DNA from: an uncultured Bacillota bacterium
GTDB taxonomy: Bacteria > Sysuimicrobiota > Sysuimicrobiia > Sysuimicrobiales > Segetimicrobiaceae
DNA: 64,000 nucleotides
Direction of reading: 5' to 3'
Assembly: GCA_963804645.1 (NCBI GenBank)
Contig: CAWDRG010000017.1
Location: 794,276 to 858,275, forward strand
Of this stretch, positions 51,489 to 60,271 are shown one piece after another. The notes under the pieces are model-generated. The model saw only the letters and a program-made list of their open reading frames with translations, was not told where the DNA came from and did not search any database. The position numbers and the translations under genes are program-made. Positions within the stretch are counted from its first letter, which is position 1. Each line of letters opens with the position of its first letter.

Positions 51489-52589
51489 ATGGCGATCGCC
51501 AAGCGTGAGACGTTGCGGCTGTCGGGCTCGCGGGACGTCATCGAGGTCAGCGGCAGCCCGCGGGCGCAGGGTCTGCTGCACGGGAGACACGCGCGCGAGG
51601 GCATCGTGGCCAACCTGACGATGGCGCGCCGGTGGATGGATACCGTGGCGGCGCGGGGGCGCCGGTACGACTACGACGCGATCCTCTCCCAGAACGAGCA
51701 GTTCATCGCGCGCGTCGCCCCCGAGGTGCTGGAAGAGGTCCGCGGCATCGCCGACGGCGCCGGCCTGCCGTACCGCGACGTCCTCGCGCTCAACGCGCCG
51801 CTGTACATCGTCGCGACGCACCTGCCGCTCGACTGCACGCAGATTCTCCTCGGCCCGCCGGCCACCCGAGACGGGCGGACCTACATGGCCAAGACACGGG
51901 ATCTGCGGGGCCGCCTCGAGCACGTCGTGCTCCACCGGCGCTACGACGACGGCCGCGAGACCGCGGAGGTCAACGCCGCGGGCACCGTGACGTGGCCCGG
52001 CAGCGGCATGAACAACGACGGCGTCGCGTTCGGCACCAGCGGCTGCTGGTCCGCGCGGACGGTCGTGGACATCGACCGCGCGTCGGACGGCTGGCTCCTC
52101 GTCAACGGCCACCTGCCGCTGCGCGACAGCCGCTCGCTCGATGAGTTTGCGGAGCGGCTGTCGGCTCAGCACCGCGTCACCCCGCTCAACGTCGTCGCGG
52201 GCGACGCGCGCGGCGGGGCGACGCTGGAAGTCACCACCGACCGCGTCTACCGCACCCCGGCGGCGGACGGCGTGGCGATCCTCACCAATCACTTCGTGAC
52301 CCCCGAGATCAGCCGGCTCGGTCCGACGCCCGAGGAGCATCCGTCGTCGCACGGTCGATACGAGACCGCGCGCACCCAGATCCGGGCGCACCGCGGAGAG
52401 TGGACCGGGGCGGCGCTGCTGGACCTGCTCGGGAATCACGCGGGCGCCCCGCAGGGGTCGATCTGCCGGCACTCCCAGGACGGCGTGGGCGCGGACACGG
52501 TGTACGCGTCGATCGCGACGGTGCCTGACGGCGAGTTCTGGACGACGCTCGATCACCCGTGCCGCGCGCAGGCGGGGGGCGGCGCTTGA
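51489..52589 (+). CDS. C45 family Ntn-hydrolase (acyl-CoA:6-APA acyltransferase-like)
   Basis: EEVRGIADG, DCT nucleophile, GMNNDGV, TNHF. Confidence 0.85.
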   Translation: MAIAKRETLRLSGSRDVIEVSGSPRAQGLLHGRHAREGIVANLTMARRWMDTVAARGRRYDYDAILSQNEQFIARVAPEVLEEVRGIADGAGLPYRDVLALNAPLYIVATHLPLDCTQILLGPPATRDGRTYMAKTRDLRGRLEHVVLHRRYDDGRETAEVNAAGTVTWPGSGMNNDGVAFGTSGCWSARTVVDIDRASDGWLLVNGHLPLRDSRSLDEFAERLSAQHRVTPLNVVAGDARGGATLEVTTDRVYRTPAADGVAILTNHFVTPEISRLGPTPEEHPSSHGRYETARTQIRAHRGEWTGAALLDLLGNHAGAPQGSICRHSQDGVGADTVYASIATVPDGEFWTTLDHPCRAQAGGGA

Positions 52590-54166
52590 TGACGTCCCCC
52601 GTGCGTACGCCGCGGCGGACATCCCCGCCGGACCACCGGATCACCCGGCGGCACGCCCTGGCGGTGCTCGGCCGGGGCGCGGCCGCATCGGCCGCGCTCC
52701 TCCTGTCGCCCGGAGCCGCCGGCCGGGCGCGTGCCGCGGCGAAGACCACCATCACGATCGGACTCCAGAGCGACATCAACACGCTCGACCCCCACCAGAC
52801 CGCGAGCGTCGGGACCGACCTGAGCGTCATCAGCCATCTGTACTCCAGCCTCATCGAGCGCGGCCCGGACCTGAAGCTCCGCCCGCTCGCGGCCACGTCG
52901 TGGACGCTCGCGGGAGACACGACGTGGCGCTTCACGCTGCGCAGCGGGATCACGTTTTCGAACGGCGAGAAGCTCGACGCCGCGGCGGTGAAGTGGAACA
53001 TCGATCGGGTGCTGAACCCCGCGACACAGGCGCGCGTCGCGCCCTGGTTCGATCTCGTGAGCGAGGCGCGTGTGGTCAGCGCCACCGCGCTGGAGGTCAC
53101 GACCAAGCAGCCGTATCCGGCGTTCGCCGACCAGCTCGTGGAGTTTTACCTGCTGGCCCCCGGCTGGACGGCCAGCCACCGGCCCGCGCAGGAAGCGATG
53201 GGCAGCGGCCCCTATACGCTGAAGGAGTGGGTGAAGGACGACCACATCACGCTCGAGGCGCGCCCGGACTATTGGGGCGGCCGGATGCCGTACCCGACGG
53301 TCGTGTTCCGGCCGATTCCCGAGGACTCCAGCCGCACCTCCGGCCTGCTCGCCGGCGACCTCGACGTGATCGTCTCCGTGCCCCCGTCGGACTTCCCGCG
53401 CATCGACAGCAGCGGGCGGGCGCGCGCGGGATCGGTCCAGAGCGCGCGCAGCGCGTTCCTGAAGTTCAACACCCTGCGCAAGCCGTTCGACGCCCGAGGC
53501 GTGCGCCAGGCGCTCAACTACGCCGTGGACAAGACCACCCTCATCCGGACCCTGGTGCCGGGATTGACGGAGCCGAGCAACGGACAGGTCCTGACCCCGG
53601 CGTACTTCGGCTACAATCCCGACCTCCGGCCGTACCCGTACGACGTCGCCCAGGCGAAACGGCTGCTCGCCGAGGCGGGCGCGGGGAGCGGCCTGCAGGC
53701 GGAGCTCGACGTGCCGGCCGGCACGTATCTGCTCGGCGAAGAGATGAGTGAGGCGATCGACGGCCAGCTCTCGCAGGTGGGGGTCCAGCTCAACATCACC
53801 GAGATGCCGTTCTCGGTGTACATGAACAAGTATCTGCCGCAGCACAACATGGCCCAAGCGGTCTACATCACGCAGGCGTGGCCCACGCTCGACGCGGACG
53901 GCCTCCTGACCCTCTTTGAAAAGGGCAACCAGTACGCGTATTGGAACAACGACGCGTTCAGCAGCCTGCTCGACCAGGCACGGGCCACGACGGTGCCGGC
54001 GAAGCGCCTGGCCCTCTACAAGCAGGCCACCGCGGTGATGCGCGACGAGGCGCCGGTACTGTTCCTGTTCCCGCAGCCTGCCACGTACGCGACCGCGAAC
54101 ACGGTCGACTGGCACGCGCGCCCGGACGATTGGGTGCGCGTCTGGGACATGAAGCCGAAGACCTAA
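52589..54166 (+). CDS. Family 5 ABC substrate-binding protein with Tat-like signal
   Basis: TRRHAL signal, TLDP, WRFTLRSGITFSNG, GSGPY. Confidence 0.92.
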   Translation: MTSPVRTPRRTSPPDHRITRRHALAVLGRGAAASAALLLSPGAAGRARAAAKTTITIGLQSDINTLDPHQTASVGTDLSVISHLYSSLIERGPDLKLRPLAATSWTLAGDTTWRFTLRSGITFSNGEKLDAAAVKWNIDRVLNPATQARVAPWFDLVSEARVVSATALEVTTKQPYPAFADQLVEFYLLAPGWTASHRPAQEAMGSGPYTLKEWVKDDHITLEARPDYWGGRMPYPTVVFRPIPEDSSRTSGLLAGDLDVIVSVPPSDFPRIDSSGRARAGSVQSARSAFLKFNTLRKPFDARGVRQALNYAVDKTTLIRTLVPGLTEPSNGQVLTPAYFGYNPDLRPYPYDVAQAKRLLAEAGAGSGLQAELDVPAGTYLLGEEMSEAIDGQLSQVGVQLNITEMPFSVYMNKYLPQHNMAQAVYITQAWPTLDADGLLTLFEKGNQYAYWNNDAFSSLLDQARATTVPAKRLALYKQATAVMRDEAPVLFLFPQPATYATANTVDWHARPDDWVRVWDMKPKT

Positions 54167-54178
54167 TCGGCCTCCGCC

Positions 54179-55147
54179 ATGCCCCGGCTCCGGCTGCCCC
54201 GGCGCTTGGTCGTGCCCGGCGTCGTGTTTCTGCTGACCCGGGCCGGGGAGTCCCTCGTGACGCTCTGGGGAGTCGTCACGATCGTATTCTTCAGCCTCCG
54301 CCTCACCGGGGACCCCGCCCTGCTGCTGCTCCCGGTCGGCGCCACGCCGCAGCAGGTCGCTGCGCTCCGGCACGCCCTCGGGTTCGATCGGCCGCTGCCC
54401 GTCCAGTACGTCGACTTTCTCGAGCGCGCCGTGCGGGGAGATTTCGGAGTCTCGACCCGGTTCGGGGAGCCCGCCCTGCCGCTCGTGCTGGCGCGGCTCG
54501 GCGCGACCGCGGAACTCGCGGTGCTCGCCATGGTCGTGGCCGTGGTGATCGGCGGCCTCGCCGGCGCCGCGGCCGCGATGCGGCCGAACACCCGCGTGGA
54601 GCTGGCGGCGATGAGCACGGCGCTGATCGGCCAGGCGACGCCGGTGTTCTGGCTGGCGATCATGCTCATCCTGGTCTTTGCCGCGACGCTGCGCTGGCTG
54701 CCGAGCGGCGGCATCGGCGGGTGGACCCACCTTGTGCTCCCGGTGCTCACGCTGGCGACCTACTCCACCGCGAGCATCGCGCGCCTGCTGCGCGCGTCGC
54801 TGCTCGAGGCGCGCGCTGAGGACTACGCGCGCACCGCCCGCGCGAAGGGGCTCGGCGACCGGACGATGCTGCGCCGCCACCTGCTGAAGAACGCCCTGAT
54901 CCCGGTCGTCACGGTGCTGGGCCTCCAGGTCGGGCTGCTGCTCGGGGGCGCGGTGATTACCGAGACGGTGTTCTCGTGGCCCGGAGAAGGCCGCCTGATC
55001 GTGCAGGCGATCCAGAATCAGGATTTTCCGATCGTCCAGGCCGGCACGTGCGTGCTCGCGGTGATCATCATCGGCGTGAATCTGCTCGTGGACCTGACCT
55101 ACATGGTCCTCGACCCGCGCATCCGCGTGCCAGGGGCGGCCGGCTGA
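54179..55147 (+). CDS. ABC permease (DppB-like)
   Basis: DYARTARAKGL EAA motif. Confidence 0.92.
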   Translation: MPRLRLPRRLVVPGVVFLLTRAGESLVTLWGVVTIVFFSLRLTGDPALLLLPVGATPQQVAALRHALGFDRPLPVQYVDFLERAVRGDFGVSTRFGEPALPLVLARLGATAELAVLAMVVAVVIGGLAGAAAAMRPNTRVELAAMSTALIGQATPVFWLAIMLILVFAATLRWLPSGGIGGWTHLVLPVLTLATYSTASIARLLRASLLEARAEDYARTARAKGLGDRTMLRRHLLKNALIPVVTVLGLQVGLLLGGAVITETVFSWPGEGRLIVQAIQNQDFPIVQAGTCVLAVIIIGVNLLVDLTYMVLDPRIRVPGAAG

Positions 55148-55993
55148 ATGCTGCGCGCGATCGTGCGGAGCCCCGCGGCGTGCCTGGGGTGGGCGGTGCT
55201 CGCGCTGTTCATCGTGCTGGGGATCGCCGGCCCCCTTGTCGCGCCGTACAGCCCGGACGCCCAGAACCTCGCCGGACGGCTCGCGCCGCCGACGCTGGGG
55301 GGCGCCGGCACCGGCGTCCACCTGCTCGGCACCGATCAGCTCGGCCGCGACATCCTGAGCCGGCTGGTCGTGGGGAGCCGGATCACGCTGCTCGTGGCCG
55401 TCGTCACGGTGGCGACCGGCGGCACGCTCGGGTGCGCGCTGGGCGTCGTCGCCGGGTACTACGGCGGCTGGACCGAGCGCGTGATCATGCGGGTGGTCGA
55501 CATCCAGTTGGCGTTCCCGTTCATCCTGCTCGCGCTGATCATCATCGCCGTGCTCGGCCCCAGTCTGCCGAATTTGATCCTGGTGCTGGCGATCACCAGC
55601 TGGGTCGACTACGCGCGCGTGGTGCGCGCGGAGGTGCTCACGATCCGCGAGCGCGAGTTCGTCGAAGCGGCGCGGGCGATCGGCGTCCGGGACATCCGGC
55701 TGCTGCCCTACCATATCCTGCCGAACGTGTACACGGCGGTCATCGTGATCGCCACGCTCCAGATCGCGAAGGTGGTGATCCTCGAGGCGTCGCTGAGCTT
55801 TCTCGGGCTCGGCATTCAGCCGCCCACGCCGAGCTGGGGGCGGATGCTCGCGGAAGGACGCGACTTCGTCGCGAGCGCGTGGTGGCTGGCGGCGTTTCCC
55901 GGCCTGGCGATCCTGTTCCTGGTGCTGAGCGTGAACCTCGTCGGCGACTGGCTCGCGGTGTACTTCAATCCCAGGCTGCGGCGCGCCGGCTGA
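55148..55993 (+). CDS. ABC permease (DppC-like)
   Basis: LGTDQLGRD, EFVEAARAIG, SFLGLG. Confidence 0.93.
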   Translation: MLRAIVRSPAACLGWAVLALFIVLGIAGPLVAPYSPDAQNLAGRLAPPTLGGAGTGVHLLGTDQLGRDILSRLVVGSRITLLVAVVTVATGGTLGCALGVVAGYYGGWTERVIMRVVDIQLAFPFILLALIIIAVLGPSLPNLILVLAITSWVDYARVVRAEVLTIREREFVEAARAIGVRDIRLLPYHILPNVYTAVIVIATLQIAKVVILEASLSFLGLGIQPPTPSWGRMLAEGRDFVASAWWLAAFPGLAILFLVLSVNLVGDWLAVYFNPRLRRAG

Positions 55994-56024
55994 CCCCGGC
56001 CCCGCACCACAAAGGGTGTGACGC

Positions 56025-57203
56025 GTGGACATCGGCACGGAACGGATCGCACGACTGCGCGCCGGGATGCGCGCCCAGCGCATCGACGTGCTGGTGTGCC
56101 TGAAGCCGCAGAGCAGCTTCTACCTGAGCGGCTTCAACCCGATCATCTACAGCCATCCGGTCGTCGCCATCCTGCCGGCGCAGGGCGACCCGGCGCTGCT
56201 GGTCCACGCGCTACGCGACGACCACGCGCGCCAGTCGGCGTGGGTCCGGGACGTGCGCCTGTTCGGCGCGTGGTCGACGAAGCGCACGATGGGACCCGAC
56301 TGGCTGGGTGCCTTGCGGGCGATTCTCGCTGAACGGGGCGTGGCACAGGGAACGATCGGCATCGACGATGATTTTCTCCCGGTCGGCGTGATGCGGCGGC
56401 TCGAAGCCGAGCTGCCGGGCGCCCGGTGGGCCGGGGCCGCGGAGCTGATCATGGACAGCCGGATGGTCAAGGAACCCGTAGAGATCGCCCGGACCCGGCA
56501 GGCGTCCGAGCTCGCCGATATCGGCATGGCCGCGGCGGTCGCCGCCGCGGCCGAGCGCCGGAGCGAGCGGGAGATCAGCATCCGCGCGATGGCGGCGATG
56601 AACCGCGCGTGGGCGGACCGGCTGCCCGACGTCGAGGTCGCCGACTTCGGGAGCCTCGAGGGCGGCGTGCAGAACGGGTTGTGGTGCTACTGTCTCGCCG
56701 GGGACCGGATCTTGATGAACTGCGACAACCCCACGCCCCGGGTCCCGGCCGAGGGTGAGCTCGTGCTGATCATCATCTGGACGAACTGCGACGGGCTCCA
56801 TGCGGAAAACGAGCGCACCGTGGCGATCGGCCGGCCCGACGAGACCCGGCGGCACGCGTTCGACGCGATCCTCCAGGTCCGCGCGGAGACGCAGCCAGCG
56901 ATCCGCCCGGGCGCCACGTGCGCCGCCGTGTACCGCACGGCGCAGGCCGCGTACGAGCGGCTCGGCTACGGTCCGTACCTCCCCGGCCGGATCGGCCACG
57001 GGCTCGGCCTCGGGGCGCACGAGCACCCGTCGGTCGCCCCGTCCGACCAGACGGTGCTCCGGCCGGGCATGGTCCTCACGTTTGAGCCGAATCTCAGAAT
57101 TCCGGACGCGCAGGTCGGCGTGCAGCACTCGGACACGGTCCTCGTGACCGACACAGGCGCGGAGTTGCTGACGCACACGCGCAGAGATCTGATCCAGGTG
57201 TAG
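56025..57203 (+). CDS. M24 (Xaa-Pro peptidase/creatinase-like) hydrolase
   Basis: GHGLGLGAHEHP, FEP; metal ligands are atypical (N..ENERT, QHSD). Confidence 0.88.
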   Translation: MDIGTERIARLRAGMRAQRIDVLVCLKPQSSFYLSGFNPIIYSHPVVAILPAQGDPALLVHALRDDHARQSAWVRDVRLFGAWSTKRTMGPDWLGALRAILAERGVAQGTIGIDDDFLPVGVMRRLEAELPGARWAGAAELIMDSRMVKEPVEIARTRQASELADIGMAAAVAAAAERRSEREISIRAMAAMNRAWADRLPDVEVADFGSLEGGVQNGLWCYCLAGDRILMNCDNPTPRVPAEGELVLIIIWTNCDGLHAENERTVAIGRPDETRRHAFDAILQVRAETQPAIRPGATCAAVYRTAQAAYERLGYGPYLPGRIGHGLGLGAHEHPSVAPSDQTVLRPGMVLTFEPNLRIPDAQVGVQHSDTVLVTDTGAELLTHTRRDLIQV

Positions 57204-57213
57204 GAGGGTGGCG

Positions 57214-58221
57214 ATGACGAACGGACGCGCATCCATGACTCGGCGCGAGCGGATCCAGGCGGTGCTCCGCGGCGAGGAACCCGATCGGCCCCCGATCAGC
57301 CTGTGGCGCCACTTCCCCGGAGAGGACGACACCGCGGCCAAACTGGCGGAGGCGACCGTCGCGTTTCAGCGGCGGTACGACTCGGACCTGGTCAAACTCA
57401 TGCCGACCGGCATGTACGCGGTGATCGACTACGGCGTCCGCGTCGTGCCGTCGGGCGACGCGATCGGGACGACGCGCTTCGCGTCAGGCCCGATCCACGA
57501 GCCGGGGGATTGGGAGCGGCTGCCGAAGGTCTCGCCGGCGGAGCGCACGCTCGGCGCCCAGGTCGACGCCGTCCGGCTGGTGCGCGCGGCGATCGGGCCC
57601 GACACGCCCCTCGTACAGACGATTTTCAGTCCGCTCACGATGGCGGTCAAGGTCGCCGGCGTGGTGGAGACCGTCGTCGACGCGGCCGAGCGGCACGAGG
57701 CGGCGCTCCACACGGCACTGTCTAAAATGGCCGAGGACGTCATCGCCTTCGGACGCAGGTGCCTGGACGCAGGCGCGGACGGCTTCTTTTTTGCGACGCA
57801 GCTCGCCGCCCGCGGTGCCGCGCCCCACGGCCTATACCGCCGCCTGGGCGTCCCGCACGATCTCCACGTCCTCCAGGCGCTGCGCGGCGGGGCTCGGTGC
57901 ATGATCCTGCACCTGCACGGCCTCGAGCCGATGTTCGAACTGGCGGACGAGTATCCCGTGGACGCGGTGAACTGGCACGACCGCGACACGTCCCCGTCGC
58001 TCGCCGACGCCAGGCGGCTGACCACGCGCGCGCTGGTGGCGGGCATCGCCAGGACCGGCGTGATCGCACACGGAAGTCCGGAGGAAGCCGCCGCCGAAGT
58101 CCGCGATGCGGTGCGCCAGACCGACGGCCGCGTCATCGTGGCGCCGGGGTGCGTCATCCCCTACCAGGCGCCGTCGGAGAATCTCCTCGCTGCCCGCCGC
58201 GCCGTGGGCTGCGCCCCCTGA
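57214..58221 (+). CDS. Uroporphyrinogen decarboxylase (URO-D)-fold family protein
   Basis: RERIQAVLRGE.PDRPP, QTIFSPLT, LHLHG, VAPGCVI. Confidence 0.85.
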   Translation: MTNGRASMTRRERIQAVLRGEEPDRPPISLWRHFPGEDDTAAKLAEATVAFQRRYDSDLVKLMPTGMYAVIDYGVRVVPSGDAIGTTRFASGPIHEPGDWERLPKVSPAERTLGAQVDAVRLVRAAIGPDTPLVQTIFSPLTMAVKVAGVVETVVDAAERHEAALHTALSKMAEDVIAFGRRCLDAGADGFFFATQLAARGAAPHGLYRRLGVPHDLHVLQALRGGARCMILHLHGLEPMFELADEYPVDAVNWHDRDTSPSLADARRLTTRALVAGIARTGVIAHGSPEEAAAEVRDAVRQTDGRVIVAPGCVIPYQAPSENLLAARRAVGCAP

Positions 58222-58256
58222 CGGAGACGCGACCGACGTGACGGCGTGATGACTCG

Positions 58257-58384
58257 TGTAGGCTGTCAGGATACCGTTCAGTAAGACCCCCCAGAAAATA
58301 AGGGATTTTGACCCCTCTGCCACGAGACCGTTCAGTCGTTTTGGCAAGATAACGTTCAGTTTTCCCGTCGAAGAGACGTTCGGT
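58257..58384 (+). mobile_element. Putative Tn7/Tn5053-like transposon end: terminal TGT plus four 19-bp transposase-binding repeats
   Basis: TGT at 58257; repeats at 58264, 58318, 58342 and 58366 sharing the core CGTTC(A/G)GT. Confidence 0.65.
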
Positions 58385-58599
58385 CACCGCTGGGCCCGAA
58401 GGTCCACACTCCCGACCTGCCGAACCCCGACCGCTACAGGGGACGTCTTGTCGTGGGGTCTGATATGAACGAGCCTGTCAAGTACCGTGTAGGTCAAGCC
58501 ACGAACGGCCCTCCGTCGTCCCAGAGGATGGACGGCGTATTCGGGTCCTGGAAGCGAAGCGTTCGCGACGGTGAATCACTCTGATATCGGTTATGAAAA

Positions 58600-58790
58600 G
58601 AGAGTGCCTCGTGCACGGCTGCGACGTAACGATAGAGGAGCCGGGCTCATGGGGCACGAGGGGACCACTAGCTAAGGGCAGGCCGTCGCGAATATGGACC
58701 ACGAGTCCGTTCTGATATCTGGCCGCCCCTGCGACTGACCCGGTTGCGCTGCGAGCGCGAATGCGTAGGTGTCGTGTTGCCCAGGCTGTG
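58600..58790 (+). ncRNA. Putative bridge RNA of the inner IS110
   Basis: 5' stem-loop, target loop (CGAATAT, TCTGATAT) and donor loop (ATGCGTA) matching the insertion site and the element ends. Confidence 0.72.
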
Positions 58791-58808
58791 TTCCAAAGGG
58801 GGGCTGAC

Positions 58809-60062
58809 ATGCGCGCGATAGGGCTTGACGTCCACAAGCACTTCGCTGAGAGTTGCCGTGCTTGAGCCCGGACGCAAGCGATTCGAGCACCTGCGAACGC
58901 ATCTCAGACGACGCCGGCGGCCCTGCGCAGCATTCGCTCAGCACGCTGCAATTCGACGGATCGCGTCGTACTGGAAGCCAGCATCAATACATGGCCGATC
59001 GCTGAATTGCTGCGCGCGCATGCCGGTCAAGTCATCGTCTCCAACCCAATGCGGACGCGGGCCATCGCGAGCGCCAAGATCAAGACCGATCGCGTGGATA
59101 GCGCGATTTTGGCACAATTGCTTGCCGCGGATTTCATCCCACCTGTGTGGGCACCAGATCCGGCGCCACGCAGACGCTCGCGCCATCAAGTGGCGAACCA
59201 TCAGTCGTTAGTCCAGCAGCGAACGCGATCTGCGGAATCGGATTCACGCCATTTTGGACCGTAACCTTGTTGCGACAGTCCTTCACGGACTTGTTCGGCA
59301 AGGCCGGCTCGTCGCGTGGTTGGCCGAGTGTGCTCGCTGCCGCGTCGAGGAGAAGCGATCAAGTCGATAGTATGCTCCGATTGCTCGACCGCCGTGGAAG
59401 CCGAGATCCAAGTGAGCCGAACAACGTATCGCCCAAGCCGCTCTTGCGGATCCGTCAGGTGACTGCGCTTGATGACCATCCCAGGAGTCGGCTTGACCAC
59501 GGCCGTCGCTCTCCTGGCTGTCATCGGGGATGTCACGCGGTTTCCGCGCCCAACGCACCTGGTCGGCTATCTTGGGCCTCGACCCACGGGTCCGCCAATC
59601 CGGTGAAACCGTCCAGCCTTATACAGGCCACATCAGTCGGCAAGGACAGGCGCACGCCCGTGGGCTGTTGGTGGAGGCCGCCCAGTGCTACAATTCGTGT
59701 GGCGGGGCCTCTGCGTGCATTCTACGAGCGTATGCAGTGGTCACCGCGGGAAAGCAGATCGCCGATCGTTGCGGTGGCGCGAAAATTGGCGGTGTTGGCC
59801 TGGCACTTGCTCGCCGATAAGAGCGAGTACCGCTGGACACCTCCGAGTCTCACGGCGCACAAGCACCGTCGAGGTCGAGCTGAAAGCAGGCGCGCCTCAC
59901 CAGCGCGGGCGATCGATCGTCGGCATTCGCACGCAACAGACATCCGACCAACGAGCAGACGTTAACGCCGCTGAGAACGACAAGCTTAAAAGAGGCGGAG
60001 GGACACTACCGAACGATGGTAGCGGCCCGCCGCGGCGAAGGGTGCAGCGGGAAAAGCCTTGA
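58809..60062 (+). pseudogene. IS110 transposase with many frameshifts (decay or read errors)
   Basis: MRAIGLDVHK, VVLEAS, KIKTDRVDS, IPGVG, RQSG..GHISRQG..LLVEAA, VAVARKLA spread over several frames. Confidence 0.85.
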
Positions 60063-60074
60063 CATTTTCATGCG

Positions 60075-60265
60075 TATTCGGCGGTTACCCGCACGAAGCG
60101 GGCAGAGCGCACATGATTGTGATTCGTCGGGAGCTGCCTCAATCTAGGAACGTGGGTCGGCACAGACGTCAGCCTGTCCGCCACATAGACCCCTCGAGGA
60201 TGCTCCTGACCGCTGCTTCGCCTCCAGGTCCAGAACACGTCCGTCGATCCTCGGAATCTGTTCCT
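60075..60265 (-). ncRNA. Putative bridge/seek RNA of the outer IS110 (5' part; continues at 58587-58560 beyond the inner IS)
   Basis: Target loop GGGGTCTA and CTAGA matches the empty site; donor-loop stem pairs across the inner element. Confidence 0.68.
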
Positions 60266-60271
60266 GGTACT

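Larger units (their letters stand above)
58585..60077 (+). mobile_element. Inner IS110-family element (5' non-coding RNA)
   Basis: Subterminal IRs ATGAAAA (58593-58599)/TTTTCAT (60065-60071); TAT core at both ends; outward TTGACA at 60059. Confidence 0.85.

Noticed and set aside
47548..56083. Very long alternative-frame ORFs (e.g. 47548-50637, 52553-56083, also 13227-15833 and 28321-30996)
   Set aside because: Shadow ORFs typical of high-GC DNA: R/A/P-rich, no motifs, and overlapping well-supported genes.
57214..58221. Calling this gene hemE
   Set aside because: It lacks the W.MRQAGR motif and heme-pathway context; only the fold family is supported.
58264..58384. 19-bp repeats as a CRISPR array
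   Set aside because: Repeats are degenerate, the gaps are 5 bp (one 35 bp), and there are no cas genes; a transposon end fits better.
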